IMG/VR virus record: IMGVR_UViG_2713896799_000002
Location: 1-8,127 of that record
DNA length: 8,127 nt
Source of the DNA: a virus
Taxonomy: Duplodnaviria; Heunggongvirae; Uroviricota; Caudoviricetes
Reading direction: 5' to 3' (one strand)
Positions 1 through 7,909 of this stretch are shown one piece after another. The number at the start of each line of letters is the position of its first letter. The stretch's first letter is position 1. The position numbers and the translations under genes were made by a program. Below the pieces are notes generated by a model, which saw nothing but the letters and a program-made list of their open reading frames with translations, made no database searches and was not told the origin of the DNA.

Positions 1-1779
1 GAACACTCCAGAACGCGTCTTTCCAGAACGTTTCGTCACAGCCCGGAGGTCAGTAAGCGTCTCAGTCCTTCCCGTAATGACAACAACGTCCACGATAAAA
101 TGTTTCTTGACGGCTCCTTCCTGAAGATTGGCTGGCCGTCGATCACCGTATTTTCCTCCTCGGATTACCGTCGTGTGGCGCTGACGGATTATGACCGTTT
201 CCCTGAAAACGTGGACGGGGAAGGGGATGCCTTCACCCTGGCATCAAAGCGTACCACCACCTTTATGTCTTCCGGGATGACCCTGGTCGAGAGTTCACCC
301 GGGCGGGATATCACTGACACCAAATGGCGATGTGGCGGCACACATGAGGCACCCCAACAACGGGATCCTGTCCCTGTATAACCGGGAGACCGCCGTCGGT
401 GGTACTGGCCGTGTCCGCACTGTGGGGAATATTTTCAGCCGGTGATGGATAACATGACCGGTTACCGGAATAACCCTGATTTTGTGGCTGCCGGGCAGGC
501 GCCCCGCCTGATGTGTCCGCACTGCTGCGGCCTGATTGCTCCGGAACAGAAACGTGAACTGAATAACCAGGGGATCTGGCTTCGTGAAGGTGAACGGGCG
601 GCGGCGGACGGCAGTATCACCGGAACGCCACGAAATTCCCGGATTGCGTCATTCTGGATGGAGGGGCCGGCTGCGGCGTTTCAGACCTGGGAACAACTGA
701 TTTTTAAACTGCTGGCGGCAGAAGAAGAGTATGAGCGAACCGGCAGTGAAGAGACCCTGAAAGCGGTGGTGAACACCGATATCGGACGACCCTATCTGCC
801 CCGTTCAGCCACGGAACAGCGTAAAAGTGAACTGCTTGAACAGCGTGCCGAGCCGTTTCCCCGGCGATCTGTGCCGGATGGTGTGCGTTTTATTGAGGCA
901 ACGGTTGACGTACAGGGCGGTAAAAATCGCCGTTTTGTTGTGCAGATCACCGGATACGGAGAGCAGGGGGAACGCTGGATTGTTGATCGCTACAACATCC
1001 GGCATTCACTGCGCTGCAGTCCCAACGGTGAAAGTCTGCCGGTTGATCCGGCGGCATATCCGGAGGACTGGGATTTGTTGCTGACGGATGTGTTCCATAA
1101 AACATGGCCGCTGGCTTCTGATCCGGATGTGCGCATGCGTCTGATGGCCATGGCGGTGGATACGGGAGGGGAAGCCGGGGTGACAGATAACGCCTATCGT
1201 TTCTGGCGTCGTTGCCGGAGTGACGGACTGGGCAACAGGGTGTTTCTGTTCAAGGGGGATGGTCTTCGCCGTGACAGGCTGATTAACCGTACCTTCCCGG
1301 ATAATACCGGCAGAAGTGCCCGCCGTGCCAGAGCCAGTGGCGATGTCGCGCTGTGGCTGGTTCAGACGGATGCGTTTAAGGACCGTGTAAATAATGCCCT
1401 GTGGCGTGACACACCGGGGCCGAACTATATCCACTTTCCCGACTGGCTGGGGCGGTGGTTTTACGATGAGCTGACCTATGAAGAGCGCGGCAGTGACGGA
1501 AAATGGCGAAAACCGGGCAGGGGCGCTAACGAGGCGTTTGACCTGCTGGTTTATGCGGATGCGCTTGCCGTTCTGCATGGTTACGAAAAGATCCGCTGGC
1601 CCTCCGCACCGGACTGGGCACAGCGGGAAACGTGGCTCGTCTTCCCGCAGGAGCGTTCTGGTGAAACGGCATCCCCGGAACTGACGGCCGGGGCAGAAAA
1701 ACGCCGTCGCCGGAAGAAAAAACTGCGGACGGAGCGTGCGGAAGATAATCCATGGATAACATCAGGAGGCTGGTTGTGA
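1..1779 (+). CDS. Terminase large subunit (lambda gpA / GpA family); 5' end lies upstream of the window; reading frame interrupted by an in-frame TAA at 379-381
   Basis: Frame +1 is open from base 1 to 378 and again from 382 to the TGA at 1777-1779. The CPHCGE and CPHCCG motifs just downstream of the stop resemble the cysteine motif region of lambda gpA, and the gene sits directly upstream of W and portal. ORF track gives 100..381 and 442..1779 in the same frame. Confidence 0.8.
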
Positions 1780-1988
1780 GCACAGAAGAAGCCAGAGAAA
1801 TGATACAGCGGTACCGTGAAGCGGAAATGGCCGTACTGGAGGGGAAGTCTGTCACCTTCAACGGACAGCAACTGACGCTGGAAAGCCTTTCTCAGATCCG
1901 CGCCGGACGTCAGGAGTGGGAACGCAGGCTTGCCGCGATGGTGAGCCGCAGGCGGGGAAAACCGGGATTTAAACTGGCGAGGTTTTAA
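1776..1988 (+). CDS. W: Head completion / head-tail joining protein, gpW family
   Basis: About 70 aa with the C-terminal RRRGxxGF motif typical of lambda gpW. AGGAGG at 1764-1769 lies 6 nt before GTG 1776, and the GTG overlaps the terminase stop (GTGA). The track ORF starts at the in-frame ATG 1752, which is a less likely start. The stop TAA overlaps the portal ATG (TAATG). Confidence 0.8.
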   Translation: MSTEEAREMIQRYREAEMAVLEGKSVTFNGQQLTLESLSQIRAGRQEWERRLAAMVSRRRGKPGFKLARF

Positions 1989-3490
1989 TGGCAATTATTG
2001 ATGATGTGATAGGCGTGTTCTCTCCAGGCTGGAAAGCGGCCAGACTGCGTTCAAGGGCGTTAATCATGGCCTATGAGGCGGTGAAACCGACCCGGACACA
2101 TAAAGCCCGGCGTGAAAATCGATCTGCTGATCAACTCAGTAAATATGGTGCGGTTTCCCTGCGGGAGCAGGCCCGTTTTCTGGATATCAATCATGACCTG
2201 GTGATTGGTGTGTTTGACAAGCTTGAAGAGCGGGTGATTGGTGCCAGAGGAATTACTGTGGAGCCTCAGCCATTACGAAAAAACGGGGAAATGGCGGCAG
2301 AGCTGGCTGCGGATATCCGCCGGTTGTGGGCTGAATGGTCCGTGAGTCCGGATGTGACAGGGCAGTATACCCGTCCCGTGCTTGAGCGTTTACTGCTGCG
2401 GACCTGGCTGCGGGATGGTGAAGTGTTTGCGCAGATGGTCAGTGGTGCGGGAAACGGTCTGGAACGGACGGCGGGAGTGCCATTCTGGCTTGAAGCGATG
2501 GAGCCGGATTTTGTTCCCATGCACAGTGATGAATCCGCCGGGCTGAATCAGGGGGTTTTTCTTGATGAGTGGGGCAGACCGAAAAAATATCTGGTTTATA
2601 AAAATTATCCGGTCAGTGGTCGGCAGAGTGATACGAAAGAAATCGCCGCCGGAAAAATGATCCACCTGAAGTTCACTCGTCGTCTGCATCAGACGCGAGG
2701 CTCATCCATGTTATCGGGGGTGCTGATGCGGATCAGTGCCCTTAAGGAGTATGAGGATGCGGAACTGACAGCGGCGCGTATTGCTGCGGCGCTGGGACTG
2801 TATATCCGTAAAGGTGACGGACAGGACTATGAAGATCCGGGGATCAAAGAAACCGAGCGGGAAGTCCATATCACCCCGGGGATTATTTATGACGATTTGC
2901 GCAAGGGCGAGGATATCGGCATGGTCAAATCCGATCGTCCCAATCCCAACCTTGAAACTTTCCGCAACGGCCAGTTGCGTGCAGTGGCAGCTGGCAGTCG
3001 TCTGAGTTTTTCCAGTGCGGCGCGTAACTATAACGGCACCTACAGCGCCCAGCGGCAGGAGCTGGTCGAGTCCACGGATGGTTACCTGATCCTGCAGGAC
3101 TGTTTTATTGGTGCGGTAACCCGCCCGGTGTACCGGACATGGCTGAATATGGTGGTTGCGGCAGGTCTGCTGAAAATTCCGGCGGATGTGGAGATGAAGA
3201 CGCTATATAACGCGACGTATTCCGGTCCGGTGATGCCGTGGATCGACCCGGTTAAGGAGGCTGAAGCCTGGCGGATACAGATCCGGGGTGGTGCCGCGAC
3301 GGAATCCGACTGGATCCGCGCAGGCGGGCGCAACCCGGATGAGGTCAAACGTCGCCGTAAGGCTGAAACTGAGGAAAATCGCAGGCTGGGGCTGGTCTTT
3401 GATACTGACCCCGCTAACGACAAAGGAGGCAACAGTGCCGGAACTGAACAACAGCGTCAGCAGGCCACCGACAGCCAGCATGAAGAATAA
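1988..3490 (+). CDS. Phage portal protein
   Basis: Uninterrupted 500-aa ORF with the size and position expected for a portal (after terminase and W, before the protease) and an acidic C-terminal tail. Start is coupled to the W stop. Confidence 0.85.
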   Translation: MAIIDDVIGVFSPGWKAARLRSRALIMAYEAVKPTRTHKARRENRSADQLSKYGAVSLREQARFLDINHDLVIGVFDKLEERVIGARGITVEPQPLRKNGEMAAELAADIRRLWAEWSVSPDVTGQYTRPVLERLLLRTWLRDGEVFAQMVSGAGNGLERTAGVPFWLEAMEPDFVPMHSDESAGLNQGVFLDEWGRPKKYLVYKNYPVSGRQSDTKEIAAGKMIHLKFTRRLHQTRGSSMLSGVLMRISALKEYEDAELTAARIAAALGLYIRKGDGQDYEDPGIKETEREVHITPGIIYDDLRKGEDIGMVKSDRPNPNLETFRNGQLRAVAAGSRLSFSSAARNYNGTYSAQRQELVESTDGYLILQDCFIGAVTRPVYRTWLNMVVAAGLLKIPADVEMKTLYNATYSGPVMPWIDPVKEAEAWRIQIRGGAATESDWIRAGGRNPDEVKRRRKAETEENRRLGLVFDTDPANDKGGNSAGTEQQRQQATDSQHEE

Positions 3491-4499
3491 ATCCTGGTTC
3501 AGGATGCAGGCGGGTGGTCAGGGTGAGGCGGATATTTATATTTATGATGAGATTGGTTTCTGGGGCGTCACCGCGAAGCAGTTTGTCAGCGATATGAATG
3601 CCCTGGGTGATATCACCCACATTAATCTCCACATCAACTCACCGGGTGGCGATGTCTTTGAAGGCATCGCCATTTTTAATGCCCTGAAAAATCACGGTGC
3701 GGCCATTACCGTGTATGTGGATGGCGTTGCCGCCTCGATGGCATCCCTGATTGCGATGGCCGGTGACACGGTCATTATGCCGGAAAATGCCTTCATGATG
3801 ATCCATAAACCCTGGGGGATCAGCGGTGGTGATGCGGAGAAAATGCGCACTTATGCCGAACGTCTGGACAAACTTGAGTCGGTTATGGTGCCGGTATATG
3901 CGCAGAAAACCGGAAAAACCACCGATGAAATTGCCGCCATGCTGGCGGATGAGACCTGGATGTCCGGTGCCGAGTGTCTGGCACACGGATTTGCTGACCA
4001 GGTGACGCCAGCCGTTAAGGCAATGGCATGTATTCAGTCAAAACGTACAGAGGAATTTAAAAAGATGCCGGAATCCATCCGAAATATGATCACGCAGCCA
4101 CACAACAGTGCCCCGCGTGATACCACAGTGACAATCCCTGCACCGGCGGTAACAGAACCATCACCGGTACCGGCAGTGTCTGATGAGGCGACCATTCGCG
4201 CCCGCGTTATGGCTGAGCAGAAAGCCCGCATGTCAGGCATTAACGATCTGTTTGCCATGTTTGGCGGGCGCTATCAGGCGCTTCAGGCGCAGTGTGTGGC
4301 CGATCCTGACTGTTCGCTGGAAATGGCCCGCGAGCGCCTTCTGAATGAAATGGGCAAGGAGTCCTCGCCGACCAACAAAAACACACCGGCCCATATTTAT
4401 GCCGGAAACGGCAATTTTGTGGGAGACGGATCCGCCAGGCGATGCTGGCCCGTGCCGGATTTGAAAATGTCGAGAAGGATAATGTCTATAACGGGATGA
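3435..4499 (+). CDS. ClpP-like (S14) prohead protease with C-terminal scaffold-like region; probably the 5' part of a tripartite protease-scaffold-capsid gene split by a frameshift near 4428
   Basis: The N-terminal part (ADIYIYDEIGF...INSPGGDV...MASLIAMAGD) looks like a ClpP-family serine protease, followed by a Pro/Ala-rich then helical-looking region. AAGGAGG at 3424-3430 precedes GTG 3435; alternative starts are ATG 3480 (overlapping the portal stop) and the track's ATG 3288. The last ~20 aa before the stop at 4499 look like out-of-frame translation. Confidence 0.75.
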   Translation: MPELNNSVSRPPTASMKNKSWFRMQAGGQGEADIYIYDEIGFWGVTAKQFVSDMNALGDITHINLHINSPGGDVFEGIAIFNALKNHGAAITVYVDGVAASMASLIAMAGDTVIMPENAFMMIHKPWGISGGDAEKMRTYAERLDKLESVMVPVYAQKTGKTTDEIAAMLADETWMSGAECLAHGFADQVTPAVKAMACIQSKRTEEFKKMPESIRNMITQPHNSAPRDTTVTIPAPAVTEPSPVPAVSDEATIRARVMAEQKARMSGINDLFAMFGGRYQALQAQCVADPDCSLEMARERLLNEMGKESSPTNKNTPAHIYAGNGNFVGDGSARRCWPVPDLKMSRRIMSITG

Positions 4500-5458
4500 C
4501 CCTGCGTGAATGGGCTCGCATGTCACTGACCGAGCGTGGTATTGGGGTGGCCAGTTATAACCCCATGCAGATGGTCGGGCTGGCGCTGACGCACAGCACC
4601 TCTGATTTTGGCAATATTCTGCTGGATGTGTCGAACAAGGGGCTGATCCAGGGCTGGGAGGAATCAGAAGAAACCTTCCAGAAGTGGACCCGTAAGGGAC
4701 GCCTGTCAGACTTCAAAACAGCGTATCGCGTGGGGATGGGCGGTTTTGGTTCTCTGCGTCAGGTTCGTGAAGGGGCGGAGTATAAATACATCACCACCTC
4801 AGATCGCAAGGAGACCATTGCTCTGGCCACTTACGGGGAGATTTTCTCCATCACCCGCCAGGCCATTATCAATGATGACCTGAATATGCTGGTTGACGTG
4901 CCGATGAAGATGGGGCGTGCGGCGAAGGCAACGATTGGTGACCTGGTCTACAAGGTGCTGACGGATAACCCGAAACTGTCAGACGGTAAGGCGCTGTTCC
5001 ATGCCGATCACAAAAATATTGCCACCGGCGGGATCTCCGTTTCCGGACTGGATGCGGCCCGTCAGATGATGCGCCTGCAGAAAGAAGGCGATCGCGCCCT
5101 GAATATCCGCCCGGCCTTCATGCTGGTCCCTGTGGCACTGGAGACGGTGGCGAACCAGACCATCAAATCGGCCAGTGTGAAAGGGGCGGATGCAAACGCC
5201 GGTGTCATTAACCCTATCCAGAACTTTGCTGAGGTGATTGCGGAAGCGCGTCTTGATGCGGCAGATCCGAAAACCTGGTATCTTGCGGCGGCACAGGGCA
5301 CCGACACCATTGAAGTGGCCTGGCTCGATGGTGTGGACACGCCATACATTGATCAGCAGGAAGGTTTCACCACTGACGGCATTGCCACAAAAATCCGTAT
5401 TGATGCCGGAGTGGCACCACTTGACTGGCGCGGGCTGGTGCGTTCGTCGGTGGCCTGA
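4442..5458 (+). CDS. Major capsid protein segment; likely the 3' part of the protease-scaffold-capsid gene
   Basis: 338-aa ORF ending in a tandem stop TGATAA at 5456-5461 and followed by a terminator. Its frame stays open upstream of ATG 4442 back into the end of the protease ORF (reads ...GRRIRQAMLARAGFENVEK), and ATG 4442 has no good RBS. Confidence 0.75.
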   Translation: MLARAGFENVEKDNVYNGMTLREWARMSLTERGIGVASYNPMQMVGLALTHSTSDFGNILLDVSNKGLIQGWEESEETFQKWTRKGRLSDFKTAYRVGMGGFGSLRQVREGAEYKYITTSDRKETIALATYGEIFSITRQAIINDDLNMLVDVPMKMGRAAKATIGDLVYKVLTDNPKLSDGKALFHADHKNIATGGISVSGLDAARQMMRLQKEGDRALNIRPAFMLVPVALETVANQTIKSASVKGADANAGVINPIQNFAEVIAEARLDAADPKTWYLAAAQGTDTIEVAWLDGVDTPYIDQQEGFTTDGIATKIRIDAGVAPLDWRGLVRSSVA

Positions 5459-5480
5459 TAACCGCGTTATCACAATCACT

Positions 5481-5499
5481 GCCCGAAAGGGCTTTTTTT
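5481..5499 (+). terminator. Putative Rho-independent terminator or attenuator after the capsid gene
   Basis: GCCC-GAAA-GGGC hairpin (4-bp GC stem, GNRA-type loop) followed directly by a run of seven T, 23 nt after the capsid stop. Confidence 0.5.
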
Positions 5500-5510
5500 A
5501 TGCCTGAAAA

Positions 5511-5528
5511 ACAGCCCCCGGGGGCTGT
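5511..5528 (+). repeat. Perfect 18-bp palindrome ACAGCCCCCGGGGGCTGT between the terminator and the next gene's RBS
   Basis: Read directly from the sequence. It contains a CCCGGG core and sits about 3 nt upstream of GGAGAG (5531-5536) and ATG 5545. Confidence 0.45.
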
Positions 5529-5544
5529 CCGGAGAGACAGCATT

Positions 5545-5870
5545 ATGGCGAAAAATTTTGTACAGGACGGTACCACCATTGAACTGGTGAATGCCGGAGA
5601 TCAGACCATTCTGAGCGGTGCCGCGGTGGTGGTCGGCAGTATGGTGGCAGTGGCCATTACCGATATTCCTGCCGGGGATGTCGGTGACGGTTTTGCCGAA
5701 GGCGTGTTCCTGCTGCCCAAACAGTCTGCTGACGATATTCAGGCCGGTGCGGTGGTTTATCTGAAGGACGGGGCTGTGCAGCTGCTGCAGACGGTGCGGT
5801 GGCAGCGGGAGTAGCCTGGGAAAATGCTCCAGCAAACACCGCCACTGTGGCGGTAAAAATCAATGTCTGA
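5545..5870 (+). CDS. DUF2190-like small head-associated protein (putative decoration/cement-type), frameshifted near 5770-5790
   Basis: Begins MAKNFVQDGTTIELVNAG, with GGAGAG 8 nt upstream of ATG 5545. The frame +1 part stops at TAG 5812-5814, but the -1 frame from about 5775 to TGA 5868-5870 reads AAAADGAVAAGVAWENAPANTATVAVKINV, a plausible C-terminus. The track's ATG 5500 abuts the terminator T-run and lacks an RBS. Confidence 0.55.
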
Positions 5871-6144
5871 TCTGTTTGCGCGAATGTGTTGCCGGATGGA
5901 CGTGGCGACCGTTCGGATGATGGGCAAACAGGCGGAGATTAACGGCGTCGTGTATGACGTGATGCCGGAGGAAGAGTCTGCGGATATGGGGGCGCTTTCC
6001 GGCAGTCAGTTGTCACTGGTGGTGTTTTCAGCGCAGTACCGGCCGGCCCGCGATGATGTGGTTGTGTTTGACGGTCGCTCACTGGTGGTGACCCGTTATG
6101 ACACGTACAACGGTAAACCCCGGATTTTTGTCGAGCAGGAATAA
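5863..6144 (+). CDS. Head-tail attachment protein, lambda gpFII-like
   Basis: Intact 93-aa ORF. Its N-terminal half (LFARMCCRMDVATVRMMGKQAEI) parallels lambda FII as I recall it (LFDAAIARADETIRGYMGTSATI), and it sits immediately before Z. ATG overlaps the upstream stop (ATGTCTGA). Confidence 0.55.
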   Translation: MSDLFARMCCRMDVATVRMMGKQAEINGVVYDVMPEEESADMGALSGSQLSLVVFSAQYRPARDDVVVFDGRSLVVTRYDTYNGKPRIFVEQE

Positions 6145-6146
6145 GT

Positions 6147-6738
6147 ATGGCGATAAAAGGAATGGCTCAGGCCATGCGAAATCTTGATGCGCTGGATCGC
6201 CGTGCCGTTCCCGTGCGGCAGCCACCACGCTTAATCGTGTGGCGGAGTCCATCATCGCGAAAACGGCCTCTTCGGTTGCCCGTGAACTGGCGGTTCCACG
6301 CCGTCTCATCCGTGCCCGTATCCGCCTGCAACGGGCACGGGCCGACAAGGTCAACGCAAAGGTTTACATCACACCGGTAATCTGCCCGTCATAAACTGGG
6401 GAGGCCCGCGTGAGGCTTTCCCGCAGAAAGCGGCGAAAGAAAGGTGAGCGTTCGGTCACGAAAGGCGGTGGCAGTGTGCTGATTGTCGGGAAACGGCGGA
6501 TCCCGAATGCTTTTATTACCCGGCTGGAAAATGGCCGGTGGCATGTGATGCAGCGTATGCCGTGGGCATCGTCGTCCACCGGTGTTGACCGTAAAGGCAG
6601 GCCGAACCGTCTGCCGATTGAAGTGGTGACACCGACGACCGCTGGCGGAACCTTTGAGCGCGAACGTGACCGGATGTACCGGGAGAATTACCGGAACAGC
6701 CATGGCGTATCAGTTACGTTATGAAACGAAAACTGTGA
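6147..6738 (+). pseudogene. Z: Minor tail protein Z (lambda gpZ homologue), broken by at least four frameshifts
   Basis: Lambda Z-like sequence can be followed across three frames: MAIKGMAQAMRNLDALDRRAVP (frame 0), AAATTLNRVAESIIAKTASSVARELAVPRRLIRARIRLQRARADKVNAKVYITP (frame 2), GNLPVI (frame 1), EARVRLSRRKRRKKGERSVTKGGGSVLIVGKRRIPNAFITRLENGRWHVMQR... (frame 2), ...LPEQPWRISYVMKRKL (frame 1, stop TGA 6736-6738). Track ORFs 6147..6380 and 6410..6724 are fragments of it. Confidence 0.8.
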
Positions 6739-7133
6739 GGAGGTTGAAACACCGGGAAATACGGGCGGCCGTTCTGTCAGCCCTGAAGAAAATATTTTGA
6801 GCGGGGGACATGGTTTGACGGGCGACCTGCTTTTATTGACGAGCTGGAACTTCCGGCAGTGGCGGTCTACCTGACGGATGCGTCGGCAGCTGACGAGTTC
6901 GTTGATGAGGACCTGGGGGGTACTGCATATCGAGGTTTTCTCAGGCGAAAGAAACGGATTCGGCACTGGATATGTGGATGGAAGAGAAAATCCTTCCTGC
7001 GCTGGAGGCGGTTCCCGGCCTCAGTGCGTTACTGCTGAAGATGAATCTTCAGGGGTATGACTACCGCCGGGATGATGAGTTTATGATGTGGGGATCGGCA
7101 GATCTCCTGTGGAAAATTACCTACGAGATGTGA
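6735..7133 (+). pseudogene. U: Tail terminator protein U (lambda gpU homologue), broken by at least three frameshifts
   Basis: GTG 6735 overlaps the Z stop (GTGA). Lambda U-like segments: RRLKHREIRAAVLSALKKIF (frame 0, stop 6798-6800), WFDGRPAFIDELELPAVAVYLTDASAADEFVDEDLGG (frame 1), VLHIEVF (frame 2), then ...[55 protein letters not shown] ending at TGA 7131-7133 (frame 0). Track ORF 6878..7060 is a fragment. Confidence 0.75.
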
Positions 7134-7140
7134 GGACGAT

Positions 7141-7889
7141 ATGGCAATACCAAATCCTCTTGAGCCGGTGAAAGGTTCCGGCACCACACTATGGGTGTAC
7201 ACCGGCACTGGTGATGCTTATGCCAACCCGTTGTCAGACGATGAGTGGACGCGCCTGGCAAAAATAAAGGATCTGACCCCCGGCGAGATGACGGCAGAAT
7301 CCTACGATGATAACTATCTGGATGATGAGGATGCTGACTGGGTATCCACCGGGCAGGGGCAGAAATCTGCCGGTGACACCAGTTTTACGCTGGCCTGGAA
7401 GCCGGGCGAGAAAGGGCAGCGCGATTTGATCGCCTGGTTTGACAGCAGTGAGACCCGGGCCTACAAAATCCGTTTCCCGAACGGCACGGTGGATGTGTTC
7501 CGTGGCTGGGTGAGCGCCATTGGTAAAGCGGTGACCGCCAGAGAGGTGATCACCCGTACCGTGAAGATCACCAATATCGGCCGTCCGTCGCTGGCGGAAG
7601 ATCAGGGGACATCACGCCGGTCACCGGTATTACCGTGACGCCATCAACGGGCAATGTGGCAAAAGGTCAGAATATCACCCTGACTGTGGCCGTTCAGCCG
7701 GAAGGGGCGACGGATAAAACCTTCCGCGCCACGTCAGCGAATCAGAATTTCGCCACCATTACCGTGAAAGGGAACACGATCACGGTGAAAGGTGTTGCGG
7801 CCGGTAAAGCGCAGATCCCTGTGGTGACCGGAAATGGTCAGTTTGCGGCAGTGGCAGAAATTACCGTCACGGATGGTGCTGCGGGTTAA
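7141..7889 (+). CDS. V: Major tail tube protein V (lambda gpV homologue), with a frameshift at the GGGG run 7605-7608 separating the C-terminal Ig-like domain
   Basis: Residues 1-160 are highly similar to lambda V as recalled (PNPxxPVKGxGTTLWVY...[18 protein letters not shown]). GAGG sits 5 nt before ATG 7141. Track ORF 7635..7889 (...[10 protein letters not shown]...[23 protein letters not shown]) corresponds to the lambda V C-terminal Ig-like domain in the -1 frame. Confidence 0.85.
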
Positions 7890-7909
7890 GCTGAGGGAGT
7901 GATAAAAGC

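Noticed and set aside
100-381. ORF 100..381 as an independent 93-aa gene
   Set aside because: Its frame is open back to base 1 and it continues, after a single stop, into the terminase ORF; it is the upstream part of the terminase, not a separate gene.
1006-1578. 190-aa reverse-strand ORF inside the terminase gene (and similar minus-strand ORFs at 1526..1861, 1581..1994, 2266..2689, 3082..3986, 4034..4526, 4979..5835, 6079..6966)
   Set aside because: All lie antisense to well-supported, conserved + strand genes in GC-rich sequence where long antisense ORFs arise by chance. The translations are Arg/Pro/His-rich and low-complexity with no recognisable domains or RBS context.
3288-3434. ATG 3288 as the protease start (track ORF 3288..4499)
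   Set aside because: This would overlap about 200 nt of the portal gene. GTG 3435 with an AAGGAGG SD, or ATG 3480 at the portal stop, are far more conventional starts.
4400-4445. Programmed ribosomal frameshift joining protease-scaffold to capsid
   Set aside because: There is no X-XXY-YYZ slippery heptamer in the zero frame at the junction and no obvious downstream pseudoknot. With a dozen other indel-type frame breaks in the window, a 1-nt indel is the simpler explanation.
5500-5544. ATG 5500 as the DUF2190 start
   Set aside because: It directly abuts the terminator T-run with no RBS, whereas ATG 5545 has GGAGAG 8 nt upstream and begins with the family-typical MAKNF.
6878-7060. 60-aa ORF as a separate small protein (also 6147..6380, 6410..6724 and 7635..7889 as separate genes)
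   Set aside because: Each contains a segment of lambda U, Z or V in register with neighbouring segments in other frames; they are fragments of frameshifted genes, not novel small proteins.
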